Part shown: piece after piece, positions 1 through 11,144 of the stretch | Numbering within the stretch: the stretch's first letter is position 1 | How the letters are laid out: every line of letters starts with the position of its first letter | NCBI GenBank assembly: GCA_963706595.1 | Contig: OY970166.1 | Location: 4,800,001-4,864,000, forward strand | Source of the DNA: an uncultured cyanobacterium | GTDB lineage: Bacteria; Cyanobacteriota; Cyanobacteriia; Cyanobacteriales; Nostocaceae | DNA: 64,000 nt | Direction: 5' to 3' | Notes under the pieces: generated by a model | The model's database searches: none | The model's input: only the letters and a program-made list of their open reading frames with translations | What the model was told of the DNA's origin: nothing | Made by a program: the position numbers and the translations under genes

Positions 1-173
1 GGATAACTAATTCCTTTTTTATCGTTCGCGTAGCGTGCGCGCAGCGCATACCACAGAGGCGCAGAGTTCACAGAGATGAGAGAATATGGATTTGTTTCGC
101 GCAAAGGCGCAAAGGCGCAAAGGTACAAAGAAAAATAAAGTTAATTTTGGCATTTCATCTTCTGATTCAGCTT

Positions 174-2039
174 TTACTTCTTTGTCTCTCTGCGTTCTCT
201 GTGTCTCTGTGATTCGTTATCTAAATATTTTTCATAAATTGCAAAGCTTTGTTTGGGTAGGCTTAATTCTTGATATACTTTAGCTTTTTCTGGCAAATGT
301 GAACCTTTACCTAACCACTTTGTTTCAGCAGAGTCTAAGATTTTAACCCAATTTTTATCTGTGAATTCTTGGCTAAATGTAATATCGCAGTTATTGAAGT
401 TCATTGCACAAAATATTTGGTTTTCTTGGCTAGATTTAAACCATGTAATCAGCTTTTTGTCTTCATCACAGTCTATTTGTAAGTTTTCTCGTTCGCGTTT
501 CAATAAGGCGGGTTTTTGGCTGCGTATTTGAATCAGTTTTTTGTAGAAGTATAATAAAACTTGATGTTTGCCTGATTGGCGTTTGTCCCAATTCAGCTTA
601 CAATTTTTAAAGGTGTTAGGTGATTCTGGATCTGGTGGTTCTCCTTGAGTATGAAAAGCCAAAAACTCTTGTTTACGTCCTGCTCTCACTGCTTTAATTA
701 AATCTGGGTCTGAGTGACTGACAAAATATGTAAATGGTGATTCTTCACCATATTCTTCTCCCATAAATAACAGGGGAATGTAAGGAGAAAGTAATACTAC
801 GCCAGCAGCTAATTTTAAAGATTCAAAATCTACTAATTGTGATAATCTTTCGCCTAAAACTCTGTTACCTATTTGGTCATGATTTTGGTTGGCTACTATA
901 AATTGCGAGGGAGAGCGATCGCCTGCATAATTTCCGTGGTATCGTTGGCGATAATGGGAATATTTCCAGTCGTAAACAAAGCTGTCTTTGTAGGCTTTAG
1001 CTAAATGTTCACACTTGCCAAAGTCGGCGTAATAACCAGTGCGATCGCCTGTCAATAAACTATATAATGAATGATGAAAATCATCACTCCATTGAGCATC
1101 AATTCCATAACCGCCTAACTCAAAAGATCGAATTACTTTAGGGTCATTTAAATCACTTTCAGCAATTAAATAAAGTTTGCGTCCCAGTTGCTGAGAAAGT
1201 GTAGCCACATTTTCTGAAAGTTCCGCTAAAAAGTGTTTTGCACCCAAATCGTAAATCGCATGAATTGCATCTAAGCGTAAAGCATCAATATGAAATTTGT
1301 CTAGCCAATACAGTGCATTTTGAATAAAAAACTGGCGCACATCATAACTATAAGCATCATCAAAATTAATCGCACTTCCCCAAGGAGTATGATAGGTTTC
1401 TGTAAAATAAGGGGCGAAGCAACTGGTGTAATTACCTTCTGGTCCAAAGTGGTTATAAACCACATCTAAAATTACAGCTATTCCTTGTTGGTGACAAGCA
1501 TCAACTAATTGCTTTAACTGATTAGGTTCACCATAAGAATTCTGCACAGCAAAGGGATAAACCCCATCATAACCCCAATTCCGGTCGCCGGGAAATTGAG
1601 CCACTGGCATGATTTCAATAGCATTTATCCCTAAATCTCGTAAATCTGAAAGTCGGGGAATAATCGCAGCCAAGGTTCCTTCTAGGGTGAAAGTACCAAC
1701 GTGCAATTCATACATAATCATGGTTTCTAAAGCAATACCAGACCAATTTCTGTCACTCCAAACAAAGCTGTGATTTATGACTTGGGAGGGTCCATGTACA
1801 TCGAGAGGTTGAAAATTTGATGCGGGGTCAGGTCTAGATTCACTATTATTTAATTGATAGAAATAAAGTGTTCCTGGTTCAATATCTCTAGCGATAACTT
1901 GCCAATATCCCCCTTCTTGGCGCATAGGTAGTAAGCGCTGGTCAGGAGAAACAATTTCTAAGGCGACGCTTTCTAAATGCGGTCCCCAAACTGTAAATTC
2001 ACAAATACTTTCACCTAGATAATGAGCGCCAATTTTCAT
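174..2039 (-). CDS. treZ: Malto-oligosyltrehalose trehalohydrolase (GH13)
   Basis: GH13 motifs RNWGYDGV, DVVYNHFGPEG, LRLDAIHAI, QNHDQIGNR. Start moved to ATG at 2039 (MKIGAHY) to avoid overlap with glgX. Confidence 0.92.
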   Translation of the reverse strand: MKIGAHYLGESICEFTVWGPHLESVALEIVSPDQRLLPMRQEGGYWQVIARDIEPGTLYFYQLNNSESRPDPASNFQPLDVHGPSQVINHSFVWSDRNWSGIALETMIMYELHVGTFTLEGTLAAIIPRLSDLRDLGINAIEIMPVAQFPGDRNWGYDGVYPFAVQNSYGEPNQLKQLVDACHQQGIAVILDVVYNHFGPEGNYTSCFAPYFTETYHTPWGSAINFDDAYSYDVRQFFIQNALYWLDKFHIDALRLDAIHAIYDLGAKHFLAELSENVATLSQQLGRKLYLIAESDLNDPKVIRSFELGGYGIDAQWSDDFHHSLYSLLTGDRTGYYADFGKCEHLAKAYKDSFVYDWKYSHYRQRYHGNYAGDRSPSQFIVANQNHDQIGNRVLGERLSQLVDFESLKLAAGVVLLSPYIPLLFMGEEYGEESPFTYFVSHSDPDLIKAVRAGRKQEFLAFHTQGEPPDPESPNTFKNCKLNWDKRQSGKHQVLLYFYKKLIQIRSQKPALLKRERENLQIDCDEDKKLITWFKSSQENQIFCAMNFNNCDITFSQEFTDKNWVKILDSAETKWLGKGSHLPEKAKVYQELSLPKQSFAIYEKYLDNESQRHRERRETKK

Positions 2040-2085
2040 AATAAAAGAGAGGACTAAAGTCCTCACTACAAGCTTGTGCAAATTT

Positions 2086-4212
2086 TTAGGCGAGACGACG
2101 AAGCAAAACAAGCGATCGCTCCATTAATGCTACACTTTGATCACCTGTAAAAAACTTCCCTGGTAGGACGAAACGCGGTTGATTAGTGTCAATAATCATC
2201 TCCCATGCTCGTTCCTTAAAACCACTGGGTAGCGAAAAATCAATAAGTTCATAATGAGCGTTATAAAATAGTAAAAAACTCTCATCAATAATTCGCTCAC
2301 CATGAGGTCCTGGAGTCGCAATTCCTTCACCATTTAAGAAAATACCCATAACTTTGGCATAATTAACTAACCACTGCTCATCAGTCATTTCACTACCATC
2401 AGCATTAAACCAACTAATATCACCAATACCAAAACCATAAATGGGTTCACCTTGAAACCACTTGCGCCGTCGAAATACTGGATGCTGATGGCGGAAATAA
2501 ATTAATTCCCGCGTAAAATTTAATAAATCCGCATTTGATGCTTGCAAATCCCAATTTAGCCAGGAAATCTCATTATCTTGGCAATAAGGATTATTATTAC
2601 CTTTGTGACTAAAGCCTAGTTCATCTCCCCCCAGCAGCATCGGTACACCCTGAGACAACATCAAAGTTGCTAAAAAATTACGTCTTTGACGTTCCCGCAA
2701 ACGTAATATTTCTGGGTCATTAGTATCACCTTCTACACCACAATTCCAAGAATTGTTGTGATTTTCCCCATCTTGATTATCTTCTTTGTTCGCCTCGTTG
2801 TGCTTTTCGTTATAACTGACCAAATCATTCAGCGTAAAACCATCGTGGGCAGTGATAAAATTAATACTTGCACTCGGACTGCGCCCATTTGTTTGATACA
2901 AGTCAGGACTACCCGTAAAAGAGTAAGCAAACTGCCCCAGGCTGTTCTCTGCACCCCGCCAAAAAGCCCGCGCCGTATCCCTATATCTGCCATTCCACTC
3001 TGACCACCGCAGAGGGAAATTACCCACTTGATAACCGCCATCTCCCACATCCCAAGGTTCAGCAATTAGCTTCACATCTGCCAATACTGGGTCTTGATGA
3101 ATAATATCAAAGAACGCGGCTAGGCTATCTACTTCATATAATTCCCGCGCTAACGCCGAAGCCAAATCAAAGCGAAAGCCATCGACGTGCATTTCTGTTA
3201 CCCAATAGCGCAAGCTATCCATGATTAATTTCAAGACTTGGGCATGGCGTACATTCAAAGAGTTACCACAGCCTGTAAAATCCATGTAGTAACGGGGGTT
3301 ATCCTTAACTAGGCGGTAGTATACAGAATTATCAATACCTCGCAGGGACAACGTTGGTCCGAAATGATTACCTTCACCAGTGTGGTTATAAACGACATCC
3401 AAAATTACTTCAATTCCAGCAAAATGCAGATTTTTAACCATCTGCTTAAATTCAGTGACTTGCTCTCCTAATGTTCCACTAGAACTATAACTAGAATGGG
3501 GGGTGAAATAGTTGATAGAATCGTAACCCCAGTAATTACTTAATCCTTTTTCTACTAAATGTCCCGGAAAGCAGAAAAACTGATGCACTGGCATTAATTC
3601 CACGGCGGTAATTCCTAGTTGCTGGAGATGTTTAATTACAGCCGGATGTGCTAATCCTGCATAAGTCCCCCGCAGTTCTTCGGGAATATCTGGGTGTAGT
3701 TTAGTTAAGCCCTTAACGTGGGTTTCATAAATAATCGTTTCGTGCCACGGTCTATATAAAGGTTGGTCATCTTCCCAATCAAAAGACTCATCTACAACAA
3801 CACACTTTGGCATCATTTCGGCATTATCTAAATTGGAAAAAGCTAAATCTGGTTCAGGATCATCCCAAGCATAACCAAAAATAGCTCGACTATGCTTAAT
3901 TTCGCCATCAATTGCTTTAGCATAGGGGTCAATTAGCAGTTTATTGGGGTTAAAGCGATGACCAGTTTCTGGGGACCAAGGACCATGGACTCGAAAGCCA
4001 TATCTTTGTCCTGGGCTGATTCCTGGAACATAACCGTGCCAAACAAAATTATTTTTTTCACTCAGAGGTAAACGAATTTCATGATCTTTTTCATCAAATA
4101 AACACACGTCTACCCCTGTGGCATTTTCGGAAAATAAGGCAAAGTTTGTGCCTTTACCGTCCCAACTAGCGCCTAAAGGATATACGTTACCCGGCCATAG
4201 TGCTACATACAT
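2086..4212 (-). CDS. glgX: Glycogen debranching enzyme (isoamylase)
   Basis: YPLGA..DGKGTNFALFS N-terminus, NYWGY, DGFRFDLA, AEPWD, NFITAHDGFTL. Confidence 0.95.
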   Translation of the reverse strand: MYVALWPGNVYPLGASWDGKGTNFALFSENATGVDVCLFDEKDHEIRLPLSEKNNFVWHGYVPGISPGQRYGFRVHGPWSPETGHRFNPNKLLIDPYAKAIDGEIKHSRAIFGYAWDDPEPDLAFSNLDNAEMMPKCVVVDESFDWEDDQPLYRPWHETIIYETHVKGLTKLHPDIPEELRGTYAGLAHPAVIKHLQQLGITAVELMPVHQFFCFPGHLVEKGLSNYWGYDSINYFTPHSSYSSSGTLGEQVTEFKQMVKNLHFAGIEVILDVVYNHTGEGNHFGPTLSLRGIDNSVYYRLVKDNPRYYMDFTGCGNSLNVRHAQVLKLIMDSLRYWVTEMHVDGFRFDLASALARELYEVDSLAAFFDIIHQDPVLADVKLIAEPWDVGDGGYQVGNFPLRWSEWNGRYRDTARAFWRGAENSLGQFAYSFTGSPDLYQTNGRSPSASINFITAHDGFTLNDLVSYNEKHNEANKEDNQDGENHNNSWNCGVEGDTNDPEILRLRERQRRNFLATLMLSQGVPMLLGGDELGFSHKGNNNPYCQDNEISWLNWDLQASNADLLNFTRELIYFRHQHPVFRRRKWFQGEPIYGFGIGDISWFNADGSEMTDEQWLVNYAKVMGIFLNGEGIATPGPHGERIIDESFLLFYNAHYELIDFSLPSGFKERAWEMIIDTNQPRFVLPGKFFTGDQSVALMERSLVLLRRLA

Positions 4213-4276
4213 AGTTTTTAACTGTGAATAACCAAGTCTGGTGAAGATAATTTCACTTTTTTAGCAAGTCTTAAAG

Positions 4277-4313
4277 AACCTCACCCCAACCCTCTCCTTA
4301 GTAAGGAGAGGGA
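4277..4313. repeat. Short dispersed palindromic repeat (AACCTCACCCCAACCCTCTCCTTAGTAAGGAGAGGG)
   Basis: Inverted near-copy at 32582-32621 and a partial copy near 46932. Confidence 0.7.
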
Positions 4314-4540
4314 GTATGAAACTGAGCTACTCCCGTGTATTGATGAGTTTATGTAGGTGTAGTTGAAGAACAAACAGAATAATGCTAATTTGAATTTAAC
4401 TCGGAAATAATGCTTTTTATTCCATCAGTAGGAGGAACCATTATTTAATAATAAGGTGCTAGGAAGTAGATTTATGTAAATGCTTTTAGTATGCAAGATT
4501 ACAAAATAAATTAACTTAAAAACTTATACGATAAACTCAA

Positions 4541-4584
4541 AGATCCCCGACTTCTTCAAGAAGTCGGGGATCTGAACCTCGCGA
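4541..4584. repeat. 33-bp palindrome AGATCCCCGACTTCTT-N-AAGAAGTCGGGGATCT plus tail
   Basis: Near-identical copy at 43944-43987 and a degenerate copy at about 33955-33988. Confidence 0.8.
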
Positions 4585-4808
4585 GTTATCTGATTTTTAA
4601 TCTTGCGTCTCAAATAAACTGGTATTCACAAAAATTTTTCCGGGTTAAATCCTCTAAATAATTAGACATAAATCTTAAATATCTATCTTAAGATTGTCAT
4701 AAAAACGGGATCTAATTTTGTAATCTTAGTCAGAGTGTTTTTAATCTAAAAGCTGTAAAAAAATAGCTATAAAAAAAATAAAAGCTAATCGCTTAAGGAG
4801 AAAGGAAG

Positions 4809-5777
4809 ATGCCACGACCGATTAAAAATTCAGTCATCGTCATTACAGGTGCATCATCAGGTATTGGACGCGCCACAGCCCTGGAGTTTGCCAAAAAACG
4901 GGCAACACTAGTGTTAGCAGCACGGAATGAAAAAGCTTTAGAAGAGGTAGCCCAAGAATGTCAACACTTGGGTGCAATTGCTGTGGCTATACGAACCGAT
5001 GTCAGTAGAGAGTCAGCAGTTCAAGACTTAGTACATGGCGCAATTTCTAACTTTGGCAGAATTGATGTTTGGGTGAATAACGCCGCAGTCAGTTTATTTG
5101 CGCGCTTTGAAGAAGCACCCCCGGATCTTTTCCGTCAAGTCATTGAAACAAATTTATTTGGTTACATTTATGGTGCGCGTGCTGTTTTACCGCACTTCCG
5201 GGAACAAGGTAGCGGTAATTTAATTAATGTTTCTTCGGTGGTTGGCGCAACTGGTCAGGCATACACCAGCCCTTATACTATCAGTAAATATGCTATTCGT
5301 GGTCTTTCCGATTCTCTACGGATGGAGTTGTATTTAGATAATGCCAGAGATATTCATGTCTGCACAGTATTACCTGGTTCCATAGATACCCCAATTTTTC
5401 AACACGCAGCTAATTACACTGGTCGTCAAACTAAGGCAATGTCCCCTGTATACCCAGCCAAACAAGTAGCTGAGGCTATTGTGGGGTTAGTGGATAAACC
5501 AGAGCGAGAAATTGTCGTTGGTCAAGCTGTATACTTGATGCTTTTACAGAAAACCTTAGCGCCTGACCTTTTTGAACCGATGATGGCCAAGCAAGTTGAC
5601 CAAGATCACTTTCAGGATCACAAACCAGCACCTCTGAGTGATGGCAATGTCTTTGAGTCTACGCACGATTATACAGGCATTAGTGGCAATTGGATAGGTA
5701 CTGGCGGTATCACATCCCAAGATGTTTGGGATATGGCTAGAGAGACAGCACAAAAAATTGGTTTACCTCTTTCTTAA
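4809..5777 (+). CDS. SDR family oxidoreductase
   Basis: TGASSGIG Rossmann motif, NNA, YTISK (YxxxK). RBS AAGGAG upstream. Confidence 0.9.
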   Translation: MPRPIKNSVIVITGASSGIGRATALEFAKKRATLVLAARNEKALEEVAQECQHLGAIAVAIRTDVSRESAVQDLVHGAISNFGRIDVWVNNAAVSLFARFEEAPPDLFRQVIETNLFGYIYGARAVLPHFREQGSGNLINVSSVVGATGQAYTSPYTISKYAIRGLSDSLRMELYLDNARDIHVCTVLPGSIDTPIFQHAANYTGRQTKAMSPVYPAKQVAEAIVGLVDKPEREIVVGQAVYLMLLQKTLAPDLFEPMMAKQVDQDHFQDHKPAPLSDGNVFESTHDYTGISGNWIGTGGITSQDVWDMARETAQKIGLPLS

Positions 5778-5799
5778 AGCAGAGACTCCCCCAAAAAAT

Positions 5800-5988
5800 A
5801 TGAGCCTACATCAAGGGAGATTACAGAGTCAATATACCATCGTTGATGGTTTATCGATGCACGCGCGGGTATCAGCCGAACCAGTAGATGCGCCCGTAGT
5901 CATTTTGGTGCATGGACTTGTGGTTTCTAGTAGTTACATGATACCGACTGCGGAGTTACTAGCAACTGATTACCGAGTACCCCTGTAG
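5800..5988 (+). pseudogene. Truncated alpha/beta-hydrolase (N-terminal 62 aa only)
   Basis: PVVILVHGL...LATDYRV is a typical alpha/beta-hydrolase N-terminus. The ORF stops exactly at a palindromic repeat. Confidence 0.7.
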
Positions 5989-6016
5989 TAGGGGTTTAGC
6001 ATTGCTAAACCCCTAC
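5988..6016. repeat. REP-like GTAG...CTAC palindrome
   Basis: GTAGGGGTTTAGCA-T-TGCTAAACCCCTAC is a perfect inverted repeat. Confidence 0.8.
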
Positions 6017-6226
6017 GAAATATGTGCTTTTTAGTGTTATACATATTTGGGATTTATTTTCAATGTGTAAGTCCTAAAAGTATGAAATGCCAAAATTACC
6101 TTTCTTCTTCTTCGTACCTTTGCGCCTTTGCGCCTTTGCGCCTAACGTACTTCGTGCTTCGCTTCGCTAATGCGTGAAACAAATTCATATTTGAAATCAG
6201 CAACACCTGGAATAGTTATAAATTTA

Positions 6227-8458
6227 CTATTTACGGTAACAAATAAGCTGCTGCATAACTTGCTCACGCAGTTTTTTATCTTGAATCAATTGAGCAACAT
6301 GCACAGCTTGATTATAGTCACCAACTTGAGCTTTTAGCAAAGCGATTTTTTCTAAAGAACTAGCCCGGTCACTATCATCATCTACCACTGTAACATCTGG
6401 GGGAGTACGAAAAGTTAAAACCCGTGATTCTGGATCAGGAATAGTTTTCGCTGCGGCCAAAGCTAAATCCAAAATATACTTTGCTAATTTAACTTTTTCA
6501 GCGCGAATATAAGTTTCAGCTACCGTTATCAAGGCGCTAGTTTTAGTTTCTGGAACTTTCACATTTTGATTCATCTCTTTGACAATATCAATTGCTTCTC
6601 CACCATTTTCAATAGATATTTTCGCCAATTCTAGCAGCTTGTAACTTCTTGTTTCTGTAGGGATCGCTTTTACAATCTGCAACGCCGCCGAATATTGTTT
6701 AGCTGCAATCAAAGAGTCTGCTATTCTTAGTAATTGTTCTTCAGGCGGAGAAGAATTTTTCTCAGTGGTAATAGACTTAATAGCTTCACCAATAAATTGA
6801 TTTCCCTGTTGCTGATTTTGCAGTTTAAAAAAAGCCTGGGCAACACTTGCTAAACCCACAGCCCGTTGTGCAGGGGCTAATTTTCTGGCTTCGTTAACAG
6901 CCTGAGTTAATATTTTATCTGTTTGTGGAGTTTTTCCAGATCCACTAGCAATTAATGCTAAAGTATCCACTCGATAGGGTAAACTACCAGCGTTACTAAT
7001 TTGCTGAGTAATAGCTAGAGCTTTATCTATTTGTTTATTTTGGGCATAGCCATAAGCCACTTTTTGCAAAAGTTTATGACGTTGCTCAATCTCAGCTTGA
7101 TCTAAACTTTGAGCAGCTTGTAAAGTTACTTCCATTTTACCAGCTTTAATTGCTGCATCTGCAATTCGTAATAACCAGTTTTCTCTGCCTATAAATTCAT
7201 GTACTTTCGTATGATGCCATAAATCAAAAGCTAGTTTATATTGTTGGTCATTAATGGCGTTTGCCAATATATTCTGTACATATCCTATTGAGTCTAAACC
7301 CTCTGGTGTTTGAAGTAGGGGAATCATTTCCTTAATAATTTTATCGGCTGTTTGCACCTGTCCAGCTTTACTGTATTCGTTGGCAATAATACCCAGGGTA
7401 ACTGCTTGTTGTTCAGGAATTTGCAGTTGTTTGGCTGCTGCATAAGCTGCATCTCTCTGCCCTCTTCTAGCATAAAGTTGGATTAACGGTGCTTGAGCAT
7501 AATTAGCATTACCATCATTACCAGCTACTTGAAGTGCCGCATTAAAAGCTGATGCTGCTAGTTTGTCTTGTCGTTGATTACTAAAAGCTAGGGCAATTTC
7601 TACCAGACTTTGAGATTTAAACTCAGATGTTTGAATATTTTGAGCTTGCTTTTGTGCAGCTGCTAATTGATTTGTCTTAGCTAACTGCTTGACTACTTCA
7701 AATAATATCCGGGAACGGGAATAGGTTTGTGATATTCCTGGAACTATTTGTAAAGCACTTTCAGTTTTACCCAATTGTGCATAAGTAATAGCAATAGGTT
7801 CTAATACCCAAATTTGACGCAGAGGATTTTTAGTTTCAATTCGTCGGGCAAATTGTAGGGACTGATTTAAAATACTTTCAGCCTGGGCTGTTTGTTTAAA
7901 ACCCAGATATTCTTGGGCAATGGGAGTTAATGCTTTCGTTTTAAACTCGTTTCCTTGAATAAATTTACTGGTTGCTAATGCTTGGGGCAGCAATGATACA
8001 GACTGTGAGTAATTAGCAATTCTGGTTAAACTTTTGGTTTTAACAAAACTGTAACCACTATTTAAACTTTGTGTCAGGCGCGTCAGTGAAGTTAATAAAT
8101 TATTTACTTGGGCTTTTTGGCTAGGTTCTGCTTGTTGCACTAATTTTCCTAACAGTGAATCCTGAACTACTTGACTATCTAGCAGTAGGTTGAGAAAATT
8201 GCTTGTCAGTCTAGGATTATTGGCTGTGAGAGCAATTTGGATCGCTTGGCTAATTGACCCCACAGCTTGCTCATTTCTGCCACCACTAATCGCCTGTTCG
8301 GCATCCGATACCCGGCTGATAATTTGTAGCTCTATATTTTGCGGCTGACAATTGCTGGTTTGGGCTGATGTCGGTGCGGAAAAGGCTATATGAAAGGGAT
8401 CTAGTAATAATAAAAGTGATAGCGTCAGCAGCGAAAACTTGGCGTAATAATTGTTCAT
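6227..8458 (-). CDS. Secreted TPR-like helical-repeat protein
   Basis: N-terminal signal peptide (FSLLTLSLLLLL) and recurring ALxxIAxxY..G..A helical repeats. Confidence 0.75.
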   Translation of the reverse strand: MNNYYAKFSLLTLSLLLLLDPFHIAFSAPTSAQTSNCQPQNIELQIISRVSDAEQAISGGRNEQAVGSISQAIQIALTANNPRLTSNFLNLLLDSQVVQDSLLGKLVQQAEPSQKAQVNNLLTSLTRLTQSLNSGYSFVKTKSLTRIANYSQSVSLLPQALATSKFIQGNEFKTKALTPIAQEYLGFKQTAQAESILNQSLQFARRIETKNPLRQIWVLEPIAITYAQLGKTESALQIVPGISQTYSRSRILFEVVKQLAKTNQLAAAQKQAQNIQTSEFKSQSLVEIALAFSNQRQDKLAASAFNAALQVAGNDGNANYAQAPLIQLYARRGQRDAAYAAAKQLQIPEQQAVTLGIIANEYSKAGQVQTADKIIKEMIPLLQTPEGLDSIGYVQNILANAINDQQYKLAFDLWHHTKVHEFIGRENWLLRIADAAIKAGKMEVTLQAAQSLDQAEIEQRHKLLQKVAYGYAQNKQIDKALAITQQISNAGSLPYRVDTLALIASGSGKTPQTDKILTQAVNEARKLAPAQRAVGLASVAQAFFKLQNQQQGNQFIGEAIKSITTEKNSSPPEEQLLRIADSLIAAKQYSAALQIVKAIPTETRSYKLLELAKISIENGGEAIDIVKEMNQNVKVPETKTSALITVAETYIRAEKVKLAKYILDLALAAAKTIPDPESRVLTFRTPPDVTVVDDDSDRASSLEKIALLKAQVGDYNQAVHVAQLIQDKKLREQVMQQLICYRK

Positions 8459-8630
8459 ATTGAGGATTTTCAGGTTTTGCGGATTCCTATATCTTTATAT
8501 ACAGTCTATTCTGTTGTGATTACGCCCAAGGACTCTAAAAAAAATCAGTTTCAATTTCCGAAACCGAACTGACAAAAGCTGTATATAAAGGCTATGTTAG
8601 TGTTTTAACAACAGCCGTACTGTAGCAGCT

Positions 8631-9581
8631 ATGGTCAAAGAGTTAGCGATTCGTACCTGTGGATTAACGAAGCAATTTGAGCGACACGTTGCTGTCAATG
8701 ATGTTGATTTAGAAATCCCAGGGGGTGAAGTGTATGGATTAATTGGTCCGAATGGGGCTGGTAAAACAAGTCTGATCCGGATGTTGGCGGCTGCGGAAGA
8801 ACCAACTATGGGTGAGATTTATATTAACGGCGATCGCCTGCGTCTTGACAAGAGTAATTCTCACCTCAAACGTCGCCTGGGCTACTTACCTGATGACTAT
8901 CCCTTATATGAAGATTTAACCGTCTGGGATTACTTAGATTATTTTGCCCGATTGTATCGTTTGCGGGAACCACGGCGCACTCAACGCTTACATCAAGTTT
9001 TAGAACTTATCCAACTGGAAAATAAACGTCATAGTCTGATTTCTACCCTATCACGGGGGATGAAACAGCGTTTGAGTTTAGCGCGGACGATTATTCATGA
9101 ACCCATTTTACTACTTTTAGATGAGCCTGTTTCTGGGCTTGATCCGATTGCGAGGATGCAGTTTCGCCAAATTATCAAATCCTTGCAAGAAGCCGGGATG
9201 ACAATTTTAATTTCTTCTCATGTTCTCAGTGATTTAGCCGAATTGTGTACTTCTGTCGGAATTATGGAATTGGGTTTTTTAGTAGAAAGTGCTTCATTGC
9301 AAGAACTTTACAAACGGCTTTCTCGACAACAACTTATTTTATCAACTCTGGGGAGTTTAAAATCTCTGGAGAGTGAATTAAAAAATTGTCCCTGGGTGAA
9401 CGAATGGGAGCAAATACCGGATAAAAACAGCTTGCGAGTTAATTTTTCGGGTACACAAGAAGATGCTGCTGATTTATTGCGATCGCTTATTGTTTCCGGT
9501 ATTCCCATAACTGATTTTCACTGCACTCAAGAAGACTTAGAAAGTATATTCTTGAAACTGGGACACAAACAAGCCTCTTAA
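8631..9581 (+). CDS. ABC transporter ATP-binding protein (ABC-2/CcmA type)
   Basis: GPNGAGKT, LSRGMKQR, LLLDEP, SSH motifs. Confidence 0.93.
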   Translation: MVKELAIRTCGLTKQFERHVAVNDVDLEIPGGEVYGLIGPNGAGKTSLIRMLAAAEEPTMGEIYINGDRLRLDKSNSHLKRRLGYLPDDYPLYEDLTVWDYLDYFARLYRLREPRRTQRLHQVLELIQLENKRHSLISTLSRGMKQRLSLARTIIHEPILLLLDEPVSGLDPIARMQFRQIIKSLQEAGMTILISSHVLSDLAELCTSVGIMELGFLVESASLQELYKRLSRQQLILSTLGSLKSLESELKNCPWVNEWEQIPDKNSLRVNFSGTQEDAADLLRSLIVSGIPITDFHCTQEDLESIFLKLGHKQAS

Positions 9582-9623
9582 TTCATCAAAAATGATCACT
9601 GTTTATTTTTGGAGTTGCTAATT

Positions 9624-11138
9624 ATGCTCAATTTCAAGTACAAACTAGGCGAATTAAACCCTCAATTCTTCCGAGAGATTAAAGGACGGTTAAAAAAAGC
9701 TAACGTTTTGTTAGTAGTATTTATATCTTTTGTATTTCAGTTTGTATTTTTAGCATTTGCCCTAGATGGGGAATTACAACTTGTTTATAATTGGCTCGGT
9801 GTGATTCAAATAATAGCCATTATCGTCTGTGGAACCTATGCACTCATCAATGATTTAGCTACCGAGGAACGGCGAACGACACTAAATTTTATTCGTCTGA
9901 GTCCCCAATCACCTCAAAGTATTTTTGTGGGTAAAATGCTAGGGGTTCCCATCCTGGGGAATATGTTCATATTACTGGCAATTCCTTTCCATGTATGGTT
10001 AGGTGTAAATGCAAAATTGCCCTTGAATCAAATTTTGTTTTTTTATGTAATTTTATTCGCTGCTAGTATTTTCTACTATAGTAGCGCCTTACTATTTAGC
10101 TTAGTAGGTTCTTGGTTAGGTCGTTCTCAAGCTTGGTTAGGAAGTGGCTTCCTCTCACTGTTTTTCATCTTTACTCAGAAAGATTTGCATGGTAGCGTAA
10201 CGGAGATACCAGCAATATTCAGGCTAATTAATCCCCAATATTTTATTCCTGATTCTGCCAACTATTTGATCTTTGCTGATTTCCATTGGTTCGGTCTACC
10301 ATTAGGAAAAAGTTTTATCATTACAGCCGTCTTTAGTTTATTAGTTTATTCCATGGGAATTTACTTTATTTGGCAATCTATAGAACGTTGCTATCATGCG
10401 CCTCATGCTACTATGTTGAGTAAAAAACAGAGTTATTTACTCACTACTAGCTTTACAGCGATTACGTTAGGATGCTCAACTACTCTAGATGCAGAAGCTT
10501 TATTAAGTTTAATATTTTTGAACTTTGGGCTGTTTTTCTATTTGATTGCGGCACTTACGCCGAATCGCCAAACCCTACAAGATTGGGCGAGATATCAGCA
10601 CATTTATAGTGTGAAACATCCCGGTAAGCACAAGTTAGTTAAGGATTTAATTTGGGGTGAAAAAAGTCCGGCTTTACTAGCGATCGCCATCAATGCTTTA
10701 ATTGTTCTTACCAGTTTAATTGCATTTATTGCTATTGCATCGAGTCAGGAAGTTGACAAAATTAATGCTTTGGCATCTGTCATTTTTACCTTTAGTTTAG
10801 TGGTTATCTATGCAGCCATAGCTCAACTACTTTTATTCATGAAAAATCAACAGAGATTATTATATACTAATACCGCGCTGGCTGTTTTAATTATCTTGCC
10901 ACCGATATTTTTATCTCTTTGGTTTTCCCATCCTGGGAACTTAACTTTACTGTGGTTTTTCTCGATATTTGCACCAACGATTTTCTTCTTCCCAGCAAAT
11001 GCTTCTTTAGGTGCAATGGTTCCTATTCTCGCAATGCTGGGACACCTGAGCATTTTAAGTTTATTGCTGTTCCAAATCAAGCGCCAATTGCAAAAAGCCG
11101 GAGAGTCAGCAACAAAGGCACTATTAACAGCAAATTAG
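9624..11138 (+). CDS. ABC-2 type permease-like membrane protein, copy 1
   Basis: Multi-TM, NPQFFREIKGRLK and EERRTTLNFIRLSPQ motifs. Start set to ATG 9624 by alignment with copy 2. Confidence 0.75.
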   Translation: MLNFKYKLGELNPQFFREIKGRLKKANVLLVVFISFVFQFVFLAFALDGELQLVYNWLGVIQIIAIIVCGTYALINDLATEERRTTLNFIRLSPQSPQSIFVGKMLGVPILGNMFILLAIPFHVWLGVNAKLPLNQILFFYVILFAASIFYYSSALLFSLVGSWLGRSQAWLGSGFLSLFFIFTQKDLHGSVTEIPAIFRLINPQYFIPDSANYLIFADFHWFGLPLGKSFIITAVFSLLVYSMGIYFIWQSIERCYHAPHATMLSKKQSYLLTTSFTAITLGCSTTLDAEALLSLIFLNFGLFFYLIAALTPNRQTLQDWARYQHIYSVKHPGKHKLVKDLIWGEKSPALLAIAINALIVLTSLIAFIAIASSQEVDKINALASVIFTFSLVVIYAAIAQLLLFMKNQQRLLYTNTALAVLIILPPIFLSLWFSHPGNLTLLWFFSIFAPTIFFFPANASLGAMVPILAMLGHLSILSLLLFQIKRQLQKAGESATKALLTAN

Positions 11139-11144
11139 CTGTGG

